Virus record (IMG/VR): IMGVR_UViG_3300031951_000193
Location: 1 to 55,856 of that record
DNA: 55,856 bases
Direction: 5' to 3' (one strand)
Source of the DNA: a virus
Lineage: Duplodnaviria; Caudoviricetes
A program made the position numbers and the translations under genes. Shown piece by piece: positions 26,617 to 35,071 of this stretch. Under the pieces are notes generated by a model. That model ran no database searches and was not told where the DNA came from. It saw only the letters and a program-made list of their open reading frames with translations. The stretch's first letter is position 1. Each line of letters starts with the position of its first letter.

Positions 26617-27846
26617 CTAGAACGTCCCGCCGTCAATGTCCGACGAGGGCGAAAGATAATCGGTGCCGGCCACAGCGGCAGAATATGCCGACCCGTTGCC
26701 CTTCACCAATCCGTTTATAGCGCTAGTCAAGCCAGTCCCGCCGTAAGCCACGCCAATCGTGGTGGCCTGCCATGTGCCCGTCGTGACCGTACCCACCGTG
26801 ACGATTGTGTTTTGTCCGGCGTAGTTGGCAGGCACGCCCCCGCCAGAGAATTGCGCGAACGTCAGGGCGGTCGTGCCCACAGTAATCGGGTCGTTGGTGG
26901 ACAGCACCCATCCGGTGTCGGCCTGTGTCGTTCCCTCGGTAACGAAGGTGAACATTCCGGCATGCACTTCGGCGTCGGCGTCGGCGTCCGTGGCCCGAGC
27001 CCACGATCCGGCTGCCACCGCATAGATGCCGTTCTGCGACCCCGTAGTCTGGTTCTTGACCAGTACGCGGTCGCCGGCCACGACACTCACGCCGTCGATG
27101 GTTTGCGTGCCGGACAGTGTGATATTGGCGGTAGTGGCTACGCGGCACGACGCCTTGACATCGAGCCCGGCGCGGGCGGCGTCTACATACGCCTTCGTGG
27201 CGGCGTCGGTGTCGGCCGTTGGCGTGCCAAGATTGGTGATCTTGTTGCCGCCCATGCTGTAGTTGCCGGTGGCGGCGGCGTGCGTGTTGAGTGGGTTGGT
27301 TCGGACTTGCGTGTCGAAATCGGAAATCTTGGCTGCCGTCAGCGTGGGAATGTCTCCCGCCACTAGAGCGCGAAACGATGGCGTCCCGGCAGCCCCGCTT
27401 GGAGCGGCGAAAACAGTGCTGGCGGTTTGGCTTGCCAGGGACGCCGTGAGCGTGCCGCTCGATGTGACCGGGGAGCCGGTGACGGTGAAGATCGCTGGCA
27501 GGGACAACGCCACGCTAGTGACTGTGCCAGCGGCGTACCCCTGTGCCTTGACATACGCCGTGGTCGCCACGGTCGTGCTGTTGTCGCTAGTGGCCGGTGT
27601 CGTTGCAGACGCAGAAGATCCCAGCGCAACGGTGCCGCTGAAGGTCTTGTTGCCAGAGATGGTCTGCGTGCTGGTCAGCGTGCAAAACGCCCCCGTCCCG
27701 CCCATGGCGAGAACGGTTCCGCCCGTGATCCCGATGTACAGGATGTTGTCCACTTCCGAGTAGGCCGGCTCGCCAACCAGCAGGCTGGATGGGGCACCGG
27801 ACGCACCGCCGGTGGCACGCCGCTTGAGTCTGACTGTATTGGGCAT
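26617..27846 (-). CDS. Tail fibre-like protein
   Basis: Similar N-terminal module; DAATKAYVD, LSGTQTIDGV..GDRVLVKNQT..QNGIY; ends DIDGGTF. Confidence 0.8.
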   Translation of the reverse strand: MPNTVRLKRRATGGASGAPSSLLVGEPAYSEVDNILYIGITGGTVLAMGGTGAFCTLTSTQTISGNKTFSGTVALGSSASATTPATSDNSTTVATTAYVKAQGYAAGTVTSVALSLPAIFTVTGSPVTSSGTLTASLASQTASTVFAAPSGAAGTPSFRALVAGDIPTLTAAKISDFDTQVRTNPLNTHAAATGNYSMGGNKITNLGTPTADTDAATKAYVDAARAGLDVKASCRVATTANITLSGTQTIDGVSVVAGDRVLVKNQTTGSQNGIYAVAAGSWARATDADADAEVHAGMFTFVTEGTTQADTGWVLSTNDPITVGTTALTFAQFSGGGVPANYAGQNTIVTVGTVTTGTWQATTIGVAYGGTGLTSAINGLVKGNGSAYSAAVAGTDYLSPSSDIDGGTF

Positions 27847-27879
27847 CTGTAGTTCCTTCGGGGGCTACTGGGTTATGGG

Positions 27880-28170
27880 CTAAAAATTGCCCCCGTCTAC
27901 CAAATCAGCGTCGTTTCTCGGCCGCCACGCGCCCGACTGATAACTCAAAACCTCGTTTGCCGCCGGGGACGGGGCCGTCACATCGGACAGGCTGTCCAGG
28001 GACGCAACCCCGGCGCTGATGCCAGCGGCAACGATGTTGCGGACGGTAGACCGATACTGCGAGTAGGTCGTGACGCCGCCAACCGTGGCCGCTTCGATGA
28101 TGGGCACAGACCCGTTGTCCGGGCTCGGATTGGAATTGTTGGCGAGTTCACTGATTTTGCGGTCGGCCAT
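27880..28170 (-). CDS. Small fibre-associated protein
   Basis: MADRKISEL start, LDSLSDV repeat unit, ends DGGNF. Confidence 0.7.
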   Translation of the reverse strand: MADRKISELANNSNPSPDNGSVPIIEAATVGGVTTYSQYRSTVRNIVAAGISAGVASLDSLSDVTAPSPAANEVLSYQSGAWRPRNDADLVDGGNF

Positions 28171-28173
28171 CGG

Positions 28174-28314
28174 TCACTCCAGCATCAAATAGCCGGACCC
28201 GTCTTCTAAAAAGATGAACGCACTGTCCTCCCACAGCAGCCGGCCGCCGGCTGGGGCGGGGATGGCTTGGTCGAAGAACGAAGGCGGAAGCAGCAGGGCA
28301 TTAGCGAGAGTCAT
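28174..28314 (-). CDS. Small virion-associated protein
   Basis: ATG 28314 coupled; LLWED..FIFLEDGSGYLMLE. Confidence 0.6.
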   Translation of the reverse strand: MTLANALLLPPSFFDQAIPAPAGGRLLWEDSAFIFLEDGSGYLMLE

Positions 28315-28637
28315 GTCTTGGCCATCACGACGCCCGTGAACGCTGTTCCGGCCACGCCCCGGACAAACATGCACGCGAACAGTTCAGGAGGGGCGATATA
28401 GACCCGGCCGGCAACCACCGCTGTGGTGGCGTTGTTGCCGCTAGAGAGCGTGACCGGGTAATACGGGCCTTCGTCCCTGTGCGAGGCGTACCACTGAATC
28501 GTTGTCGAGGTAGTTTCGGCCGGCACAACCACGGCAAACGCCGCCGATGTGGATAGGCAGATGGTTTCGCTGGCAGCAACAGAGGTCGCAAACGCGACCT
28601 GTGAGGCAGGCGCTGACCGCTGTATCTGCGTGGGCAT
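28311..28637 (-). CDS. Small beta-rich virion protein (paralog of 28640-28984)
   Basis: MPTQIQR...P.ELFA.F..V pattern shared with its neighbour. Confidence 0.7.
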   Translation of the reverse strand: MPTQIQRSAPASQVAFATSVAASETICLSTSAAFAVVVPAETTSTTIQWYASHRDEGPYYPVTLSSGNNATTAVVAGRVYIAPPELFACMFVRGVAGTAFTGVVMAKT

Positions 28638-28639
28638 GG

Positions 28640-28984
28640 CTACCCCTTGGTGGCGTACCGCACCACGGCTGTGCCAGAACTGACCACCGGAAGGATGAAC
28701 CGTGCGGCAAACAGGCCGTCAGGCAGCGGGAATGCCTGCCCAGCGGCCGTCACGGTCTGCGTGATTGCCGCGCCAGAAGAGTCCACCAGTTGGTAGGTGT
28801 CGCTGAACCGCTCGTCGCCCTTCACATAGAAGGAGATCGTGATGGTGCCGGCGGCTGACTTGCTGTCCAGCAGCAGCATCCCGCCTGCCGCTATGTTGAG
28901 GCTAAATCCCGCCGTCGTGGCAACGCTGGCCGTCAGCGTGATCGGCTCGTACAGACTTCCCTGGCGGATGATTGCGGTGGGCAT
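28640..28984 (-). CDS. Small beta-rich virion protein
   Basis: AGGAG SD; MPTAIIR...LPDGLFAARF. Confidence 0.7.
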   Translation of the reverse strand: MPTAIIRQGSLYEPITLTASVATTAGFSLNIAAGGMLLLDSKSAAGTITISFYVKGDERFSDTYQLVDSSGAAITQTVTAAGQAFPLPDGLFAARFILPVVSSGTAVVRYATKG

Positions 28985-28998
28985 GGATGCTCCTGTTC

Positions 28999-30432
28999 TT
29001 ACTGCGGGGTGGCGGTCCTAGTTTTGACCATGGGCTCCGACAGCCCCTTGAGGGCTGCGTTGTATTCGTCCATCTCGTCCTCGGACTCACTAAACATGGC
29101 CTCTCCGATGGAGTCCTTCATTTTGCCGAGCGCACGGATGCCGTGGCCTCCTGTCGTAAAGTCTATGACGGCAAACGGTGCCACCCACCCAGCGGCGTTG
29201 GCGAGCCCAGCGCCGATGCCCGGCAGGTTGCGATACCAACCCGGCCGTGGATCTTTCTTGGTTGGGTTCATCCCAGCCCCCTCGATGAGCCGCGATACTA
29301 GCGACTTGGCCTGCGGGGGCTGCGGCCCCGTCCCCTGTGTTACAGCCCCGGCGCCTTGGCCGGTGGGCTGATACGGCTGATAGCCGGGCGGAAATGCCAT
29401 AGCGCCAACTGGTCCGCCCCCGCCGCCACCAGCCTGATACGGCTGATAGCCGGGCGGGAATGCCATGGCGCCAGCCGGCCCGGCGAGCCCAGCGACCGGG
29501 CTTGCCTGCGGCGTTGCTGGCGCGGCTACAGCGGGGGCGGGAGGAGCGGCTGGAGTTACCGCACCGTTGGCGGCTGCGTTCTGTGCAGCCTGGGCAGCCG
29601 CTGCCTGGGCTGCGGCTTTTCGGGCAGCCTTGGCCTGCGCTGCCGGCGATGGGCTGGCAGCGGGGGCAGCAGCCGGCGCGGGGGTGACCGCTGCCGCAGG
29701 GGCGGGGGCAGCCGCCACCGGCGCGGGAGAAGCGGCTGGAGCAGCGGGAGCCGCCGCAGGCTTGCCGATGACCGAATCAATGTACTCACGAAACTCCTTG
29801 GCGTTCGCAGCGCGCTTGAAGCGAATGCCAATAGTTGTTTCGTCAATTCCGGCAGCCAGAAGGGCATCCCGATTGTCTTCCAGTAACTGACGCTTTCCGG
29901 GCGCACCGGAACGCTTGCCTGCGGCGGCGGGCTTGCTGGCCGCAGGGGCGGGTGTCGCTGCGGCAGGAGGCGGCGGCAGAGCGTTGTCTGCCGAGGTCAC
30001 CGGGTCCGCGTCGGCCGGCATGTTGGTTGGCGGGGCTTCTGGGGCAGGCGTGCTTGTCACAGCCCCGTCTGCCTCAACAACACCCCACCGTTTCGTTTGC
30101 GGGTTGTAGCCGACAGGTGCGTTGCGACCTCGCAACTCCATGACCACGGTAGCCGGGTTTAGGCTGTAACGGCTCACCAAGGCGTCCAGCGCGGCTTGCA
30201 GCCGGTCCGCATATCCCGAACCGGGCCTGTTGAGTTGTTCGGCTACCGAGTCCAGACGGGCAGCAACGTCCGGCGTGATCTTGGAATCGCCGCCGCCACG
30301 CACCGTGCCGCCCGGCGCAGGCTTGGCTGGAGTAACTGCGCCAGGCTTCACCGGAGTCGCCGGTGTAGTACCGGGCTCTACGATGGGAATGTGAACTTCT
30401 GGGGTGGGTGGCCGGCGAGATCCGCGTCCCAT
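28999..30432 (-). CDS. Ala/Pro-rich putative internal virion protein with MGRGSRRPPTPEV leader
   Basis: 477 aa, low complexity; N-terminus shared with the neighbouring gene. Confidence 0.75.
   Translation of the reverse strand: MGRGSRRPPTPEVHIPIVEPGTTPATPVKPGAVTPAKPAPGGTVRGGGDSKITPDVAARLDSVAEQLNRPGSGYADRLQAALDALVSRYSLNPATVVMELRGRNAPVGYNPQTKRWGVVEADGAVTSTPAPEAPPTNMPADADPVTSADNALPPPPAAATPAPAASKPAAAGKRSGAPGKRQLLEDNRDALLAAGIDETTIGIRFKRAANAKEFREYIDSVIGKPAAAPAAPAASPAPVAAAPAPAAAVTPAPAAAPAASPSPAAQAKAARKAAAQAAAAQAAQNAAANGAVTPAAPPAPAVAAPATPQASPVAGLAGPAGAMAFPPGYQPYQAGGGGGGPVGAMAFPPGYQPYQPTGQGAGAVTQGTGPQPPQAKSLVSRLIEGAGMNPTKKDPRPGWYRNLPGIGAGLANAAGWVAPFAVIDFTTGGHGIRALGKMKDSIGEAMFSESEDEMDEYNAALKGLSEPMVKTRTATPQ
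29368..29473 (-). repeat. Intragenic duplication encoding GAMAFPPGYQPYQ twice
   Basis: Near-identical ~40-nt copies at 29368-29407 and 29434-29473. Confidence 0.85.
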
Positions 30433-30435
30433 GTT

Positions 30436-32445
30436 TCAACCTATGAGCGAGGCGAGGGGGTTCATTGTCTGCTGAAAGCGGGGGCCCGTCATGCCGAAAT
30501 CCAGAGCCCCGGGTCGCTTCAGCGGGTTGGGCCTGCTCTGTATTTCTGGCATCGGGAGCCCACGGGACTCATAGAAGTTCTGCACATCCTGCTTGTAGGC
30601 ATCGGATGGGTCGAACAGGACGGGAGGTCCGGCGGGGTCGCCGCCCTCCATGAAATCCAGCATTCTTCCGTGGGCCGGGAACCGCTGATAAATCTCCATG
30701 GACCGCCTGACGGCTGGCTCCAAAGAGGTCATTACGCGCGGGTCATCGAGCAGCAACTGCTGGGCAATCGTCTGCGATAACATTTCCGGGGGGAGTGGGC
30801 CTTCGTACCGCTTGGCGTCCACGGGGTCGAGGTAGCCACGGAACTCGGCCGGGAAGTAAGGCGACACGCTCTCCAGTGGCAGAATGCCGCCAGATGCGAT
30901 GGCGTTCTGCACCCAACTATCGTCGCGGTCTGCCTTGTTGATGAGTCCTTGCCGCAGCGAATCCACGGTTTCTTGCAGTTGTGCCGGCGACATGGACCCG
31001 ATCTGCTCGGATGTGAAGCCGGCGTCGAACAGCAACTTCTCTGGCGGCACCGCCATGACCTGGGCGGTCGATGGAATGAGCCGTTGGATGCCTCTTGGGG
31101 CCGTCCTGGCAGACCCTTCTAAAACAGAGAACACGCTGTCGCGGTGCTTTTTCAGTGGCGAGCGGCCCGCTCGCATGATCGCTCGCTCGGCAGACGCATA
31201 GGGGCTGGACGATGTGCCGTATCGCAGCATGACACGACCGCCAGTTGGCCCACCGGCAAGCAGTTCCCGGACTTGGTGTGGCAGGGTCTGCTCGTACTGC
31301 TTTTTGATGAGCAGAGCCCGGGGGTCAAAGAGCGACGAACCCTCCCCCAAGTCCATCGCGGCCGGATCTGGCTCGTAGGCCGGATTCATCTTGGTCTGCT
31401 GGTCGATCAGCGACAGGGCCTTCTGGACTTCCGGCTCTTGGCCGACATCGTATGCGTAAGAATCCCCCACGCTGCCTTCGGCAGACGGGGATCCGGCCCG
31501 CCCCTTGTTGAGTTTGCCGACCGTCGAGGATTCCGGCGGCAGAGCCGGGACGAAGTTTCCCCCAGACAATTCTGATAAAAGGCGGATGTTGTGGGCCGGC
31601 TTGATGAGCGGATAGAAAACCCGCTGCGCACCCGGGTCACGATCTTCAAAATAGAACTTCTTGGCCTCTGCCTTGCTGCCCATCAGGGCTTGCAGGCTAA
31701 CTGGGAAGTCCATCCGAGAGGCGCTTGCCGGCGAATCTACTGGCGCGGGGGCGTAGGCCGAGCCGGCGTCTACAAGGTCCGCAATCTGCGGGTTCTGCAT
31801 CTCCAGATTGGCAAGTTGCCGAATCAGGTTGCGGCCTGCCCGCGTGTCATCAAACACGGGCACTTCCTCGGCAAGCCCTGCCCTCTGCATGCCCTCAAGA
31901 TTCGGGGCAGCCTCCTGCGACATGGACAGTTGCCGACCCGTCTGGATGGTGCTGCTCAAGTCCTGTGCGTCTTGCAGGACTGCCGCGTCTTCGGGCGACA
32001 GGCTCTCCACCTTGGCTTGGAGTTTGGGGGAGTCAACGTCTTGGAACAGCGCCATCTCCACTTGCGGCGGCAAGTTGGCCGCGTGGAGTATGCCTTCCGC
32101 CTGCATGGGGTCTTTTTGCATCAGGCGCTGCATGGCCTGACGGTACGGCTCCAGTAAGTTCTCGCCGGGGGCCTTCTGATGCTCGATTGCAAGCCGCTGC
32201 AATGACTCCGCAAACTGCGCCATGGCGGGCCGTGGCTTGCCCTTGGCGTCCGGCGAAGTGTCCAGGCGGCTCATGTCCTCAAACAGAGCGCCGGCGACCG
32301 TCAGGTTCTTCTTGGCGTCTCGCCCCGCACGCACGGCCCCCCGAAACTCCTTGGGGTCAATGTCCAGAGAGCCGCTTTGCGTTCCGCCACCTGCCAGCGG
32401 TACGGTTACTTCGGGCGTCGGGGGCCTACGAGAACCTCGTCCCAT
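30436..32445 (-). CDS. Putative internal virion protein with MGRGSRRPPTPEV leader
   Basis: 669 aa ORF in the virion operon. Confidence 0.75.
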   Translation of the reverse strand: MGRGSRRPPTPEVTVPLAGGGTQSGSLDIDPKEFRGAVRAGRDAKKNLTVAGALFEDMSRLDTSPDAKGKPRPAMAQFAESLQRLAIEHQKAPGENLLEPYRQAMQRLMQKDPMQAEGILHAANLPPQVEMALFQDVDSPKLQAKVESLSPEDAAVLQDAQDLSSTIQTGRQLSMSQEAAPNLEGMQRAGLAEEVPVFDDTRAGRNLIRQLANLEMQNPQIADLVDAGSAYAPAPVDSPASASRMDFPVSLQALMGSKAEAKKFYFEDRDPGAQRVFYPLIKPAHNIRLLSELSGGNFVPALPPESSTVGKLNKGRAGSPSAEGSVGDSYAYDVGQEPEVQKALSLIDQQTKMNPAYEPDPAAMDLGEGSSLFDPRALLIKKQYEQTLPHQVRELLAGGPTGGRVMLRYGTSSSPYASAERAIMRAGRSPLKKHRDSVFSVLEGSARTAPRGIQRLIPSTAQVMAVPPEKLLFDAGFTSEQIGSMSPAQLQETVDSLRQGLINKADRDDSWVQNAIASGGILPLESVSPYFPAEFRGYLDPVDAKRYEGPLPPEMLSQTIAQQLLLDDPRVMTSLEPAVRRSMEIYQRFPAHGRMLDFMEGGDPAGPPVLFDPSDAYKQDVQNFYESRGLPMPEIQSRPNPLKRPGALDFGMTGPRFQQTMNPLASLIG

Positions 32446-32447
32446 GG

Positions 32448-32768
32448 TTACTTCTTCTTGGAGGCTTTCTTGGAGTAGGGCTGTGCCTTCTTGTAGATAG
32501 CCTTGGGCATGGCCAGCGAGGGTAGGTCAGCCGGCGTCACCTCGGGGGCATTGCCGGGTCGAGTGGCCTCAACAAGATCCGCACGGGCCTTGCGGTCATC
32601 TTCGGCGTACTTGTCATCCTCGTCCTCTTCGTCATCTTCCTTCTCTTCCCGGGCCTTCTTCCGCTTGTGCAGCGGCAGTTGGCGGACAGCCTCGTTGGAG
32701 GCAACGTCCTTCAGCATCCGGTCCATCGCGTCGGGCGTGAGAGTGGTGAAGGTGATGTGCAGTGCCAT
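32448..32768 (-). CDS. Highly charged small protein
   Basis: AGGAG SD; acidic tract and basic tail. Confidence 0.7.
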   Translation of the reverse strand: MALHITFTTLTPDAMDRMLKDVASNEAVRQLPLHKRKKAREEKEDDEEDEDDKYAEDDRKARADLVEATRPGNAPEVTPADLPSLAMPKAIYKKAQPYSKKASKKK

Positions 32769-32771
32769 GGG

Positions 32772-33257
32772 TCAACTCCTAAATAAACCAGCCAAGATTC
32801 CGCCAACTGAAGCCTCGCGCTTGAACCGAGCCGACTCGTTTTCGACACGACGCTTGTAGTCCGCTAGTCCCCGGGAGATGCGGTTTTCTCGCAGGTCGAG
32901 CGAGGCTCCCTGGTCAATCTGCCGCTGCTTGAGAAGCAGGTTGGCGATCCCGGCCTGCTCGTCCGCCACGTTGGTCTGGTAGCCCAGTTGGGCGTTAGCC
33001 AGCATGGTTTCGTAATCACCCATGGCCTGCTGCGCCTGGGCGTACCCCTTGGCGCGCTCAACGTCCGACGCGATGCCGCCCTGATGTCGCATCAGCCCGC
33101 TGCCAGCGCCCATTCCAAGCCGCATGGGGCGGAAAGCCCGCTCGTTCCCCGCATACTCTGCCTGGGACATGGCGGTGTTTCTGTTGCGGCGCAGCAGGTC
33201 GCCGGAAGCCGTGATCGGCCCGGAGTACGTCGGCGTAAAAGATGCGGCAGAGAACAT
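32772..33257 (-). CDS. Hypothetical protein (putative pilot/ejection protein)
   Basis: Q/A-rich helical protein ending in amphipathic GGILAGLF. Confidence 0.65.
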   Translation of the reverse strand: MFSAASFTPTYSGPITASGDLLRRNRNTAMSQAEYAGNERAFRPMRLGMGAGSGLMRHQGGIASDVERAKGYAQAQQAMGDYETMLANAQLGYQTNVADEQAGIANLLLKQRQIDQGASLDLRENRISRGLADYKRRVENESARFKREASVGGILAGLFRS

Positions 33258-33265
33258 CGTGTCGC

Positions 33266-33883
33266 TTACCGTAGGCCGGACAGGACCGGAGCCCCGCCAT
33301 ACAGGTCGTAATACGAAGGCGATCCGGCGGCTTCCATGCCCGCGTTAGCCGCGCCCCCACTAAACAGTGAGCCCAGTCCGCTGGCGCTGCTGGCAGCCTC
33401 GGCAGCACTCGCTATCGGGCGGGCGGCCGACCACGCCCTGTACATGCTGCTCGCAGTCGGCTGAACAAACATGCCGCCTTGGAGCAGCAAGTTCACCAAG
33501 TTGCTCATGCGGTTGAGTTTGTAGTCCTTGCGGGCACGGTCCATGTAGGCGGACAGGTCTGCGCGGGCGATGTCGCGGCGGTTGTCTTGCTGTCGCCGCG
33601 TGACCTCCCTTTCGCGGTCCATGCCATAGCGGGTGGTCTGCCGCTCCCGGGCAGCCTGAACGTCACGCGCACGGGCCTCTTCGGACTTCTGCCGAAACGC
33701 CCGGTTTTGCTCGTCAAACGTGTTGCGGATGTCCGTGCCGGTTTGGTCCGACAACGCACGGGCAAAAGCAGATCGGCTTTGGCTCGGCTCACGATGCACC
33801 TGCGGGGCCATCGAGGCCCGTCGCAGGAAGTTCTCCTTGAACGGAGCGTCGGTGCGGATCTGGCTTTGGAAAGCGTCGTACAT
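33266..33883 (-). CDS. Hypothetical protein (putative pilot/ejection protein)
   Basis: R/Q-rich coiled coil with G/A/S-rich tail. Confidence 0.65.
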   Translation of the reverse strand: MYDAFQSQIRTDAPFKENFLRRASMAPQVHREPSQSRSAFARALSDQTGTDIRNTFDEQNRAFRQKSEEARARDVQAARERQTTRYGMDREREVTRRQQDNRRDIARADLSAYMDRARKDYKLNRMSNLVNLLLQGGMFVQPTASSMYRAWSAARPIASAAEAASSASGLGSLFSGGAANAGMEAAGSPSYYDLYGGAPVLSGLR

Positions 33884-33925
33884 AGCAACCTGTTTTTGGG
33901 CCCTATCGCAGGCAAAACTGCACGA

Positions 33926-35071
33926 TCAACTCGCCGCTAAATACCCAACCGCAAACGAAACGTAGGCGGTAGCCGACAAATTGGCCTGCGTTATCAGGCC
34001 GATGGTTGTGGGCAGGTGGTAGCCCAGAACCAATACGCCGGGAGATCCGGCCGTAAGGATCTGGGCATAGCAGGTCTGCGGTCCTTGCGTAGTCCAGTTG
34101 AGCATGTAAGCCACGTTGCCGGCCCAAATAAACTGATTGGCCGTGCCGGCCATGGCGAGCGATGGCGGGATGTTCTGAATGCACAAAACCCCGTTTCCGC
34201 TCGACGCCATGCTGGCCAACTGAATCGCCCCGGTCAGGTAGACGAACTTGCCAATCTTGAAGTAGTGCCCGTACTGCGTGCTGTAGGTGACCGTAGGGTT
34301 CGTGGTCAGCGCGCCAATCTGCGGCGTCCATGTGCCTGAATAACTGTCTACGCCACCGAGAGCGGACAGAACGGCGTCCGCACTGGTCTTGGCCATCAGG
34401 TTTTGCTGGGCCCAAGTGGTGAACACCGTCGAGGAAGCAACGGCCGCGTCGGGCCACACCTTGGTGCCCACGCTGGTCCCGTCTGCCAGCACCACGGTCT
34501 TGTCGGCCAGTTGCCGCACAACGAGTTCGATGTCGTTGCTGTTGGTGTTCTCTGCGATCTCTGCCGTGACCAGACCCTGCGGGCTGGAAAACTGCATGGG
34601 CACGGCATCTACCGCCTTCGTGGCCGGATTGATGCGCAAATGCCTGCCGGCCTTGCTGCCAAACTTCATGCCCACGGTGGCTATGGGCGTATTGTCTTGG
34701 ACACTGTTGTCTACGCTGACGTAATCCCCGCCGCGAACGGACGGCTGCGACAGTGGCGGCACCGGCGCCACTGGCTGTGCGCCCTTGTAGGGGTGGTCGG
34801 CCGTGTTGGCGTTGAACCTGCCGGGATGGGCCTGAAGCCGATCTTGGTAGGGGTTTTCTGACGAGTAATCCAAGTTCGTTAGCAAATACTTGCGGGTGTC
34901 AGAGTCGATCATCCGCAGTTGGTCGCGCGGGGTAGCGTCCGAAACATCCCGCGACTGCGAAAACTGCGGGGTGGCTGCGTTGGCGATGGCGTTGGCAATG
35001 ACGCGGCTGGAGGCCGGATCGAGCCCGCCGTTGATGAGCGCCTGCACTAGAGCGTTGGAGTCAGTTGCCAT
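33926..35071 (-). CDS. Tail-associated protein with fibre-like C-terminus
   Basis: ATG 35071; GTWTP...G.YFKIGK.V C-terminal fibre module. Confidence 0.7.
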   Translation of the reverse strand: MATDSNALVQALINGGLDPASSRVIANAIANAATPQFSQSRDVSDATPRDQLRMIDSDTRKYLLTNLDYSSENPYQDRLQAHPGRFNANTADHPYKGAQPVAPVPPLSQPSVRGGDYVSVDNSVQDNTPIATVGMKFGSKAGRHLRINPATKAVDAVPMQFSSPQGLVTAEIAENTNSNDIELVVRQLADKTVVLADGTSVGTKVWPDAAVASSTVFTTWAQQNLMAKTSADAVLSALGGVDSYSGTWTPQIGALTTNPTVTYSTQYGHYFKIGKFVYLTGAIQLASMASSGNGVLCIQNIPPSLAMAGTANQFIWAGNVAYMLNWTTQGPQTCYAQILTAGSPGVLVLGYHLPTTIGLITQANLSATAYVSFAVGYLAAS

